DNA from: Trichoplax adhaerens
Lineage: Eukaryota > Animalia > Placozoa
Assembly: GCF_000150275.1 (NCBI RefSeq)
Contig: NW_002060950.1
Location: 3,257,567 to 3,321,566 of the forward strand
Direction of reading: 5' to 3'
Length of the DNA stretch: 64,000 bases
Position 1 is the first letter of the stretch, and the number at the start of each line of letters is the position of its first letter. The notes below the pieces were generated by a model. It made no database searches. It was not told the DNA's origin and saw only the letters and a list, made by a program, of their open reading frames with translations. The position numbers and the translations under genes are program-made. Of the stretch, positions 53,070-64,000 are shown in pieces.

Positions 53070-54166
53070 ATGAATACAAACTATTCTATACCGTGCTTTG
53101 CCAACAACTGCCGAAATTTTGGCAATGCTACAGCTATTATCAGACCACAAACATTTTCTTCTTTAAACCTTTTAGTAATCGTAACCGGAATCGTAGGAAT
53201 TATTCTTAATACAATACTTCTTATAGGTTTCTATACTAAAAGATCTTTCCATAAACCGACATATTGCCTACTTGCCAATCTAGCAATTTGCGACGTGTTA
53301 TTAGGCCTAGCAAGTCTATCTAATTTTGCTATCATTTCGCTAGCATCAAGAGCAAGAATACCAGCAAATATCTTTCTAGTGATTTGTAAGCTTTTTTCAG
53401 TATTCCCAGTCCACTTATCTTATACTGCTTCAATACAAACATTAACTATGATCAGCAGTGAGCGATATCTTGCAATTTTTCGACCTAATTCTGAATTAAC
53501 TCGTAGAAAAGCTATAATATTATGCCTCATAGCGTGGATCATTTCCCTATGTATTAGCTTCCCATTTATTATTACAACGTCTATTACTACTGGAAGACTA
53601 TTCACGCGATGTATTGCCTTTAAAAGCTATACAAGTTGGACAAGCATCATTTATGTTATACTATTTGTCGGTCACTTTGTTCTACCAGCTGTCATAATCA
53701 CCACATTATAGTCGTTGATATTGCGTCGATTAAGCGAAGCTGTCCAAGGACATTCAGAGTCGAGCAGTAGTAAAAAGTTGAAGCGCAAAACTATCTACAT
53801 GTTACTAACCACAACGACTTTATTTTTTTTATTTCTACACCATGGGCATTATCGTTGGCTATTATAACAATAACTGGAACATTAGGATCTGATATATCAA
53901 AAGATCCCAAGCAGCCTTTTGCTGCGAAAATTGTATAATCCCGTAGATACATTTTGCTATTTACTACAGTTTACAATCCAATAGTTTATTGCATTTTCAA
54001 TAAGCATATACGACAGCTGTACATTTCTTGCTGTTTTAAATTTTTAAAAAAGCTTCCATTTCACCCAGTTCTCAATCAAGAAGTGACAACTGCCATATCA
54101 ATGTTCCAGATTTATCTGCAACACCGGATCAAAATCGTATCAAGGATGATATTTCGAATTCGGTAA
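53070..54166 (+). pseudogene. Recent full-length GPCR pseudogene, closest paralogue of the 57964 gene
   Basis: ATG at 53070. TAG at 53709-53711 replaces the TM5 Tyr, there is a 1-nt deletion in the T-run at 53820-53833, and TAA at 53936-53938. All seven TM segments including YNPIVYCIFN remain alignable. Confidence 0.92.
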
Positions 54167-55667
54167 TGAATAAAGTCGGATAAAAATCAAACTCAGTCGA
54201 AGCCGATCTACGTATTATCTATAGGTTATAAAGTTGCGGATTTAGTGCCAAATATAATATCAGTAGAGCAATTAGCCTTGGATTAATCATGAAACACCCG
54301 CATTGCTAGAAATAGGGAAAGTAAACGTATAAAGACTCAGCAGCAAAGACCAGTGTTTGCACTAAAGTTTCATTGCTTTGGGTTTTAACCGGATCTTAAT
54401 CTTCTAATCGTGTCTAGTCTTCAAGGACATACGCTCCAGTATTCGTACTAGGTGTAGCACCTAATGATTGAGCTAACAGAGCTAATATAATACGTTAGTT
54501 AAATCTACAACTAAAATGACTATTCTATTATCTTTATCTTTCTTCCTTAGTATACGGTACTGCTATATAATCTAACAAAATTAACTCTCATTTGAAAATT
54601 TATTACTGCAATTCGACTCTTATTCAGTTATTAGTCCATTTCTTAGTACTTATTCGTACTACTAATTCTTCATTAAAACTCACGGATATCTAATTAATCG
54701 CGCTATTAATTGTTTAGCTTATAATTCAATCTTATCAAAATAACACGAAAGTAGAATAAAATAACTTCAATAAGTTTCAAGTTTCAAGTATTTCGTGTAC
54801 TTATTTGTTATTTTAATTAAATTATAGTTTAAGCGTTATTTGCTATTTAGTATTCTTTTTCAATTCTAAGCTAACATTACGGGATAATAGCGCGGGTCAT
54901 TTTTTTCTTATGTTCTTTACAGTAGTGCTTAGTAATTATGTAGCAGATTTCCTACAATTTTAGCGATTCATATCATGCATTCCCATTGTAACAGGTTCAT
55001 AAATTAAAAATTACGATGCGTAAATTATAGAAATATTGCATCGTTTAACTTTCACGTTACAACAGTTAATAAACTTGTTTAAACTCGATCAATATCTGTT
55101 ATCTTTCTTATATGTTAAATAGTACCGTGATAAAGGAGAACATAGATGCAATAATTTGACTTGCCGTAAACAATTTTTAATCTTGTCTTAGTAAAATACG
55201 ATAATATCATCTACCACATTCAAGTCATAAGTCTGTAAAGATTTCAGCTAATTACAGAAGTTATGAGTAATGATGAGTTATACAAACGGTAAATACTTGA
55301 AGAGTACATAGGACCTCGGACTAGTTATTTTACTATAGTTGCAAATCTTGATTGATACTATTTAATAGTAAAGGTGGTTTATAAGTCAGAGAAAAAAAGG
55401 TATTTGACATTTACTGCTAGCTACGATGCGTTAAAACTTGTGACATTCGTCCTATTATCGTTTGAACATTGCCATCAATTTATGAGATTGTTTTGATTCT
55501 TTGCTTTAATATGAAGATTTGCCCATCTATTGGTTCAACCCGCTACGTAGCCATTTTATCTGATCCATGTCTTAACTGAATTAAGATACCGATAACCTTA
55601 AGAGAAGTCAAAAGTGAAATATTTATTTGAGCTGCGATTCATCGGTAGCTATTAACTTGAAAGATAC

Positions 55668-56146
55668 CGTTACAGTGGTATACACTATAACATTGAGATT
55701 GGAGCAGAAATATCTATTGCATGTTAGGATAATTTAGGAAATCGAGAATAATCTTCTTACAATTCAAATCACTATAATTGTAACTTACTTATGTTACAGT
55801 AGATTGTAGATTATCGTGGAACTATTGCGTGATAGGACATGTTGTAATTTGACTATTTTGTATTAGTCATTAGATGTCTATGTTCGCAAATACTTTTGTC
55901 TTCATTAGGTAGAGGTAGGTAAAATTAGCTTTTGATTCATTAGAAGCTTTCAACGTTAACATTACTAACTAGGATATCTAAACTATTGTAAAAGAGTACA
56001 TAAAATGCGGTGTATCGTATAACAAGTTTAGTTCTTAAGATTAGTGTTTTACGTAAAATACGATGATGCTAAGTCTTTGTGTGTTCTACTAGTATAAGAA
56101 AAGTGTTCTTGATAAAGTAGATATTGCAACCTGACATGTGGTTCAA
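55668..56146 (+). mobile_element. Old, diverged and truncated family A copy (A5)
   Basis: Collinear similarity to A2 (AGAAATATCTA, GTATTAGTCAT, ACGTAAAATACG...AAGTCTTTGTGT, GTGGTTCAA); no TSD. Confidence 0.72.
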
Positions 56147-57963
56147 CCTTCACCTTATTCAGAATTTAAAAAATTAGAAATATCAGAATGTTAGAATACT
56201 TTACGCTTTAACTGAAATATTCATAGTTTTAAAATTTACTCGATTATTATATCAAGAAAGTAACTTCACTATTTTAATATATGCTTATTTTAGGTACGAT
56301 TTTTCATTACTTGGTTTGAACTTCTTTGAGAATACAGACAATTAGTTTTAATCATCTTATTATTAGCTAAGCATAAGAATCGACAAGAATTATGTAACAA
56401 TTGATTTTAAATAACAATACTAATAAAGCATTGACTATTAAATCAAGTATTGCAGTTGAGGATATTGCTATAATAGCTATGACTAAAGATATTCGAACAG
56501 TGAGGTAACATCATAACAGTGTCATAAACTAAACATTTATTGGAAATGCTATTCTATAGTAGACATCGCTTCGAAAGATAACATGAAAAAGAATCTTGCT
56601 TTTTTTACGATTAAAAAAATTGCTTTATAAGTCTAAGTAAGTAATCTAGGAATTCAGACGTAATTTAATGCTTAAACTATTTGTTCATTTCCTACTCGAG
56701 ACTTTTAAAGTAAAAGGCAATACCTAGGCATAACGAATATTTATAAGCTCATTATAATTACATTAATTTATAACTCCTTTCGTAGCACTATTTTTCACAG
56801 GCAATAAAATAAAATAGCGCTCTTAAGATTTCTATTACTCTAAGGCCTGTATATCGAGTACAATTAAATATTAGATGATATGCTGTGACCGTTCAGTATT
56901 TTTAAGATATTGCTTGTGAACTATTTCATCCGCAGATGCGGGAAGTTCTCGAGGTACTCCGACTAATGTACTGATTGGACTACTTCCATACAAATAATCA
57001 ATACCTGGCCGATATTTGTTAGTTCTAGGTTACTCTTTATTTGATACCAAGTAAATGATCCAAAACGACGTTGAATATTATTTGACCTTACGGTCTAACT
57101 GAAACAATATAGATCACGATGAATCTCACTAATAAACGTAACTAAATCAAACAGCGCACACAATGGTGCTTAGACTTCTCAAACAATTATAATTGCTTAC
57201 AAATGTCAGTAACTGGAATATACTAACTGCAACTCCGATGAGTTGACAGACTAGGATCGAATGATCAATTGCCTCATTGCTAGAAAAATGAACTTAGAGT
57301 ATGTAACCTTTAATTTTTCATGCAAAATAGGAAGATCTTGCGCATTTCTGTATCTTACCAAATTTTTCAGTACTAAACAATCTAAACAGTGCAATTTCAA
57401 AATAATAAGGTAAGTGTCCAGTTATAAGAGATTTTAATAAAATGCCTTTTATGTCAATATTGTCATTGCTATTCATTAAATTCTTTATGCTAAGGATGAA
57501 TCTTTACTTAATTTAGAATTTACGAGAATGATAATTATTATATTCTTGTAGTACTTGACAAACTTAATTATATGAATATAATTTTAGCACTTATGCTATT
57601 GTTGTATTAAAAAAATAAATTCACTATATCAATATATACCTAGACAACATTCAAGTTTCCATCATCTCATTTGAATTTCTATCAGAAGGCGGATATTTGA
57701 TTTTAATTAATACTAGCTGTCAATGTGGACAAGATAGAAAGATACCATAACAGACAGTCACAACTCTTAATGAAAATTTCCTCCTAAAAATTTGTTTTCT
57801 TTAAAGGTATAGGCAAAGTCGTTTTCAGTGTAAGATTTAATTAATATTGAAATAAGATTGTGTAGGTAAATATTAATTCTCATTATTGCAAAACTTAATC
57901 TTTAATTTTAAGTTCTAAACAATATACATATTTGGCCTAATCAAAAAAATTTCATCTTCTACC

Positions 57964-59181
57964 ATGAATGCAAGTAAATTAGCATCGTGCATTGGCAACA
58001 ATTGCCGAAATTTCAGCAATGCTACAGATAATATCAGACAGAGACCAGCCAACCCGATACAACTCTTATTAACCATAGCTGGATGCATGGGAATTATTCC
58101 TAATATAATACTTGTTATAGGTTTCTATACTAAGAAATCTTTCAAAAAGCCAACATATTGCCTGCTTGCCAACCTAGCAGTTTCTGATATGATATTGAGC
58201 CTAGGAAGTCTATCTAATGTTATCGTCAACTCGCTTGAAGCAAGGTTTAGAATACCATTAAATATCTATCTTGCACTCTGCAAAATTTTTGCAATATTTC
58301 CACTGTATTTATCTTACAGTGCGTCTATACAAACATTAATTATGATCAGTAATGAGCGATATCTTGCAATTTTTCGGCCTACTTCTGAATTAACCCGTAA
58401 AAAAGCTAATTTCCTATGCCTCATAGCATGGATTATTTCTTTATCTATTTCTTTCCCATTTATTATCACAACATCTGTCACGAACGTAATACCAAAACAA
58501 TGTGTTGCCTTTGAAAAATTTACTAATTGGACCGCCATCATTTTTGTTGTAATATTTATCTTCCAGTTTGCTCTACCGACCGTAGTCATTATTACATTAT
58601 ATTCATTAATATTGCATCGATTAAGGAAAACAGTCCAGGGACAAACTGACTCTAGCAAAAGCAAAAAGTTAAAACGGAGAACTATCTATATGTTGTTAAC
58701 AACAACGATTATATTTTTAGCCTTTTCTACACCATGGGCTATATCACTGGCTATCATGGCAATAACAAGATCATTACCAGCTAAGATAGTGGTGGATCCT
58801 AACTATCCAATAGCTGGAGGAATTGTACGAATCAGTCGATTTGTGGTACCATTTACTGCGATTTATAATCCAATCATTTATTGCATTTTCAATAAGCATA
58901 TCCGACAATTGTACTTTTCTTGCTGTTTCAATTTCATCAAAAATTCAGCTGTTGTACCTAGCGTCTATACAAACAGTGATAATGGTCAGATCGACACTGT
59001 CAATTCCACTGCAGCTGCCAATTCAAATACGATCATAGTTTCTAATACAGCCGCAGGCATAGTTGCAAATTCAACTACAACAGAATTTGCTGATTTAAAT
59101 ACAACTGCAACAGCTGATTTAAATTCAACTGTAGTACAAAAGTATATATCGAAAGATAATGAGGCAATGTCAACCGATTAA
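57964..59181 (+). CDS. Intronless class A GPCR with repeat-extended Ser/Thr-rich C-tail (405 aa)
   Basis: N-terminal CxxxxC, GIIPN, NLAVSD, SNERY, FQFALP, STPW, YNPIIYCIFN, SCC; tail built from degenerate ~8-aa repeats. Confidence 0.95.
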   Translation: MNASKLASCIGNNCRNFSNATDNIRQRPANPIQLLLTIAGCMGIIPNIILVIGFYTKKSFKKPTYCLLANLAVSDMILSLGSLSNVIVNSLEARFRIPLNIYLALCKIFAIFPLYLSYSASIQTLIMISNERYLAIFRPTSELTRKKANFLCLIAWIISLSISFPFIITTSVTNVIPKQCVAFEKFTNWTAIIFVVIFIFQFALPTVVIITLYSLILHRLRKTVQGQTDSSKSKKLKRRTIYMLLTTTIIFLAFSTPWAISLAIMAITRSLPAKIVVDPNYPIAGGIVRISRFVVPFTAIYNPIIYCIFNKHIRQLYFSCCFNFIKNSAVVPSVYTNSDNGQIDTVNSTAAANSNTIIVSNTAAGIVANSTTTEFADLNTTATADLNSTVVQKYISKDNEAMSTD

Positions 59182-59739
59182 GAAGTATAAAATTCTAAAC
59201 TTCATTAAAGCCGCTTAGAGTAATGATTCTTTATCTTATTCTTTATAGAATTGATAGTTTAACTCCATTTGATTAATGTCTTGAAGCTATTTACAGCATT
59301 CGTATTATTTCAACTAGTAATAAGATGTGGCAGGCTAAAATTACGGTTTAGTCACGATAATAATAGTTTAATAGCCTTATGTTCATTAGACTATCGTATT
59401 TTAACTGATTTGACTTTGTAGTTGAGAATAATTGAACTTCTAAACATAATATTTGACTGCTTTTCATATTCATTAGATGATTATGGATTATTAAAATAGC
59501 CATAACCTAAAATGAAAATTTATTGCCTTAAAATTACTTTAAGCAATAACCTTTTTCAATTTTAAGCGTAGGAACGTGTCACTTCACTAATCTTTATTAG
59601 TAATTTAAAAAATTAATGTACCGTAAAAATATTTCAATTTTTAATTGATCATTGATACATTAAATAAGAGCAGGAACAAATACTATTGAGTTTTTAATAA
59701 GCATTGTTGGTGGCATAAATCACGTTGCTAATTATACTT

Positions 59740-60291
59740 TGTAATGTAACTTAGTATTGTGATTGTAGACTGTTAGCCATATGGAGTATAATGTACGGTA
59801 GATATTTATCGTAAGAGATATTTGGTAGCTATAACTATAGACTGTAGTGGTAGAGACTCTATGCTAGAATACAGATGACTATATACAGTAAGCTGTTGAG
59901 TTACTAATAAGGCTATAGGTAAAAATAGAACTGTAAATCGTATATTAGGATATGGTTAATTCATTGTACTTTGGCTGGTGTGAATAATGTCTACGTAAGT
60001 ACTGTAGTCGTATCCATATTGGATTAATGATGGTCCGCAGCAGAATAGTCTTACCAAGAATAATTTAACTATGTGTAAAATAAGGTAAAAGGTTGCCATG
60101 CGGATTGTAGCTGCGAATGCTACGAAAAGTATAAAAGCATGCAACTTTAGATTATTCTGTTAGTTCGTTCTAGAAGTCTTTAGCAGTAGTATTCGGCTAA
60201 AGCAAAGCTGTGTGTAGTTAATCTTTGTATAAGATTCAATAAAGCCCTTATTTTTCTAAAATTTGGAATTTCGTGATTGGTATATATCACA
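59740..60291 (+). mobile_element. Family D element, copy D2 (552 bp), TSD TACTT
   Basis: TACTT at 59735-59739 and 60292-60296; the TSD differs from D1, so it is an independent insertion. Confidence 0.92.
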
Positions 60292-63254
60292 TACTTTAAA
60301 TTAACTGAAATTCCGCATTTTATTGATGCATTCTATCTGATCTGGCAAGCATAATTGTGAGAGCAGAACTTAATTATTCCATGAATTACTTAAATAGAAA
60401 TAAATTTGAATAGCCTGAAGGTAAATAACATAACATGTGCAGAGATTATTTACTCAGCTCTTAAAATAAGATAATAAGCGTAGTAAGCGAATCGCGGCGA
60501 GCAGATAAGAAATATTGAATAACTGGATTTGTATCTTCTAATAATAATTAAGAAACTCATGATCCTACAATCGACATTTTTTGCATTGTAATACCGACAA
60601 TACGAGAAGAAGTCGAAATATGAGCATTGTTGGAATGTTATGTTTGCATAATAATTAAAATTAAATGGATTACTAACAGTAATCCTAAATATGATTAAAG
60701 TTGAATACCGTATTCTATAACACGGAAGCCGTAATATATTATTAGCTTGGTATAAATTACTATAATTTATAGTAACTTAATGATATATTGCAAAGACTTC
60801 TATTCGTTGATTTAACTTGTAGAGCATTCTATTACCTATAATTCAAGAAGTACAATTAACAATGGAGGAAAGTTATAAAACTGAATATATTTTCAATGCA
60901 TAACAACGAATAATTCGATTAAGAATTGTAAAGGTAAATTCTTATCCTCTTTGATTACAATATGAACTCTAGTATCGTACATCAGCTGATATTATTTATT
61001 CGATGTTCGATACAGCAATTTCTTTTGAAATATATTTTAATTAGATTGTATATTCCTCATTGAATAACGTATTTTCCTACTAGCTTTTCCAATCATTCAA
61101 CTAAGATATACTTTAAAATTAATTCACAGAGATCTCCTCTAGTATGGATCCTTATCTTCAATTAAGCCACCTCATCCGATAAGCAATAATTTTCTTCCCT
61201 GTTTCATTACTATATTCGAAATTTTTAAATACGCTATTACTCTAAAGCTGAGAATAATGTATTACTAAAATTTAAAAAATTTGTAGATCTATTCTTAATT
61301 TATAGTTGAAATAGTCTTTAATAACCAGAAATTTCCCTATCTATTTTATTATTATAATCTAAATTCGTATACACGCTTCCAGTCTAAAGTAGAGAATACT
61401 ATATTACTGGAACTAAAATTATTTGCGCCGCCACTATTAATTTAAAATTGAAATACTGCCTTATTAGAGTAAAGTAAAGAATCTTTAATAAAATAATCTA
61501 CTATATTCAAATAGGTCTTTGCATGTGATCGTTTTCTCGTCCAAACTCAGCTTCATGAATTTCAAGCCTAAATGTTTAAAGCAATCAATTGCCCTACCTA
61601 GTTGAATATTTTAAGCAACTTCTTTGTTTCCGTATTTTGTGATTTGTAGAAAACATCATAATATCTGCTAATAAGAATTAAGAGAGAAAATCTGGTGTGA
61701 TTTGTTTCACTACTTTAATTAAATCTCCTACCGTAAAAGTCGCAAATCTTGAAGTGTCTTATTACCATAATCGAATTTAATAAAAATATTTACACTTTAG
61801 ACTTCAAATGTTCTTTCCACAAAAGTAAAATAAATACCTTGCAATTAAATAAACCTATTATAGATCAGCTTTAGATAAATGATCATAAGGAAATTTACAA
61901 TTTCTCAAATTTTTAGCTAAAAAATTCAAGGTTATTACCGTAATCGCAACATAGCATTACGTACAAATTCCTTTTAGCATATCCATATACTTTTTCTTTC
62001 ATATGTCTTATGATTTTTATTTAACTACGGAGTCTGCTTTAACTTGTTTCATTAATTTCAATTAAAGCATATATCCGCCTTGAAAACCACAAATTATGGT
62101 ATTTTATTACCATATACAAATGAATCATAATTACTTTTAATATAAAGTTAAAATACTCTATTACTAGAGTAAATACTTTGCAATAAAAACAATTTATTGT
62201 ACTCCATATAGATTTAGAAAGATCTTTACTTGTAATAACTGCCTCACTTAAATGTCAGCTAATTATCAGCATATCTGAAATTCCGATATGAAAACCTTAA
62301 GAATGATAATTTAATTATCTACTAAACTTTTTAGACAGATATTTTGATTTTAGTCATTGCGTTTTATCATTTTCGTTGATTGAAGCCTATTTCAAATAGA
62401 ATTAAGGCTAAACAGTTGATTTCAATTGTTTTCGCTAATTTCCAATTAAATCGTTTTTGCCTCGAAAATCAAACTTCTATGTTTTTCCGTATTCTTGTAA
62501 TATTTATATGCGTATGCATTTATTAACATATTCAAATTTCTTATAAATGGCTGCAATCAAATTTTAAGAACATTGTATTACTAGAATAGCGGAAATCTTA
62601 AATATTTAAAAATGTCTTTAATTTCTATTGTACTACATAGTGAGCTTGCCCCAGAATGGGGTATTGAAACCTTTATTTTAAACTATTAATAACATTTAGC
62701 TTCAGATGATAAGTTCTGATGATAACGTAATTATTTTTAAAACGGTAATGATTTACCATCCTTCTCAACAGATATATGCGTTTAGCAAACTTTAGAAAAT
62801 GGTAATGACGATCAAGCTTCAAGACTATAAGTGCGTATTTCTTATTTATGACCTCGCCTGTGCAGAGAGAAATCAATTTGCCAATCTAACCACAACGCTT
62901 TACAACTTCTAGATAGGAATTTTACGTTTCAAAGAAAGTCTAATTCAATTATATGACATGAAATTACAAAGTTACATAACTTAACTTAACGCATGAAAAA
63001 TGAGAAATGAAGAATAATGGGCAAAGGTTAAAATTATTTTAGTCTGCTGATACCTGATATAATTTATTCGAAGCAAATAACAAAAATATATAAGAGCATA
63101 ATAATAACATGGTGCTGTCTGACATTAAGTACAATAACAATTTTTTCCCCTTTATTTACCATGATTATCTTCGATGCGAAGTAAATTTTGTAAAGGGCAT
63201 AATTAACAATTATTCAAATTTCTACATTATTTCTAATAAGCAATTAAGGAGTAC

Positions 63255-63304
63255 NNNNNNNNNNNNNNNNNNNNNNNNNNNNNNNNNNNNNNNNNNNNNN
63301 NNNN
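63255..63304. other. Assembly gap (50 N)
   Basis: Run of N characters. Confidence 1.
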
Positions 63305-64000
63305 GGATAGATCTTTAGGTTCCATTAAAAATGTCCTATAACTGAGGTGACCTAATTTCTCCTACCTACTCGATTTAACATCTTCTATTCGTAATTTACA
63401 GATTAGGGAAATAAAATTGCTATTTTTCTTCTTGATTTTCAGTACAATCAAAAAACAAAGTATATCTAATCAATATCGGGCAAATTAATTGGGCACATGA
63501 TCAATAACATCAGAAGTTATGCCCAACGACAAACTTAGATTTTGAAAAACCCTTTTTAAGCTTTATGAATGAATCCATTATACTTTCATATATCGTTAAT
63601 AAATTAAGATACCTTAAGTTTTACCAGAAAATTATATTGAAATTACAGACTTAAAATTTTATGTTAACGCTCGTATCATTGTAAATAATAAATGTTTTTG
63701 TACTATACACAGCAATTAAATCAGATGGTAAACATAATCGGAAATCATATTAACTTTATCCAAAAATACTTTATTTATCATGTTTTTGATCAAGGAAATA
63801 AGTTTCGAACTGTATAAGTATACCGTTTGCTTTTTTAATGACACTGAATAAGAAAGTAACAACTACTCTTGTGACTTACCGTATTATAATATTCTGATGA
63901 GAATATTACTATACCGAACAGTAAAAATAGAATTACTACCCTAAGATGTGTAATCTTTCCATACTGTAACTTATATTAGGAAATGGCTAATAATCAGTTA

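Noticed and set aside
3444-59181. Assignment of the receptors as opsins, amine receptors or vertebrate-type odorant receptors
   Set aside because: Position 7.43 is Pro rather than Lys, there is no Asp3.32, and OR-specific motifs are absent; no gene symbol can be justified.
41305-60291. D1 and D2 (or A3 and A4) as paired LTRs of one ~19-kb element that captured GPCR genes
   Set aside because: Each copy has its own self-matching TSD and the outer flanks do not match.
63870-64000. Start of a family D-related element (TGTGAC...)
   Set aside because: Similarity is short and the window ends before a terminus or TSD can be checked.

Overview
Very AT-rich (roughly 30% GC by eye) eukaryotic genomic DNA with two assembly gaps (17529-17747, 63255-63304). 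The window holds a head-to-tail, all-plus-strand array of intronless class A (rhodopsin-family) GPCR paralogues: six intact ORFs (3444, 11510, 17753, 29127, 44772, 57964) and three clear pseudogenes (~8410, ~35240, 53070), plus one possible ancient relic at ~25 kb. This looks like a lineage-specific, birth-and-death receptor cluster. The base composition and gene style suggest an early-branching animal such as a placozoan (Trichoplax-like), which is an inference only. The receptors share a non-canonical signature: GIIPN in TM1, a one-residue insertion in TM3, ERY, Ala/Ser in place of W6.48 with invariant W6.51, invariant P7.43, and NPxxY->NSxxY in two copies. The intergenic DNA carries at least five families of short (154-631 bp) TGT...ACA elements resembling solo LTRs, and 11 of them have readable 5-bp target-site duplications (TSDs). 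They nest inside one another, show a symmetric T(-3)/A(+3) target bias, and in one case two different elements occupy the same position of adjacent copies of a 30-bp repeat. No intact transposase, reverse transcriptase, rRNA, tRNA or CRISPR array was seen.
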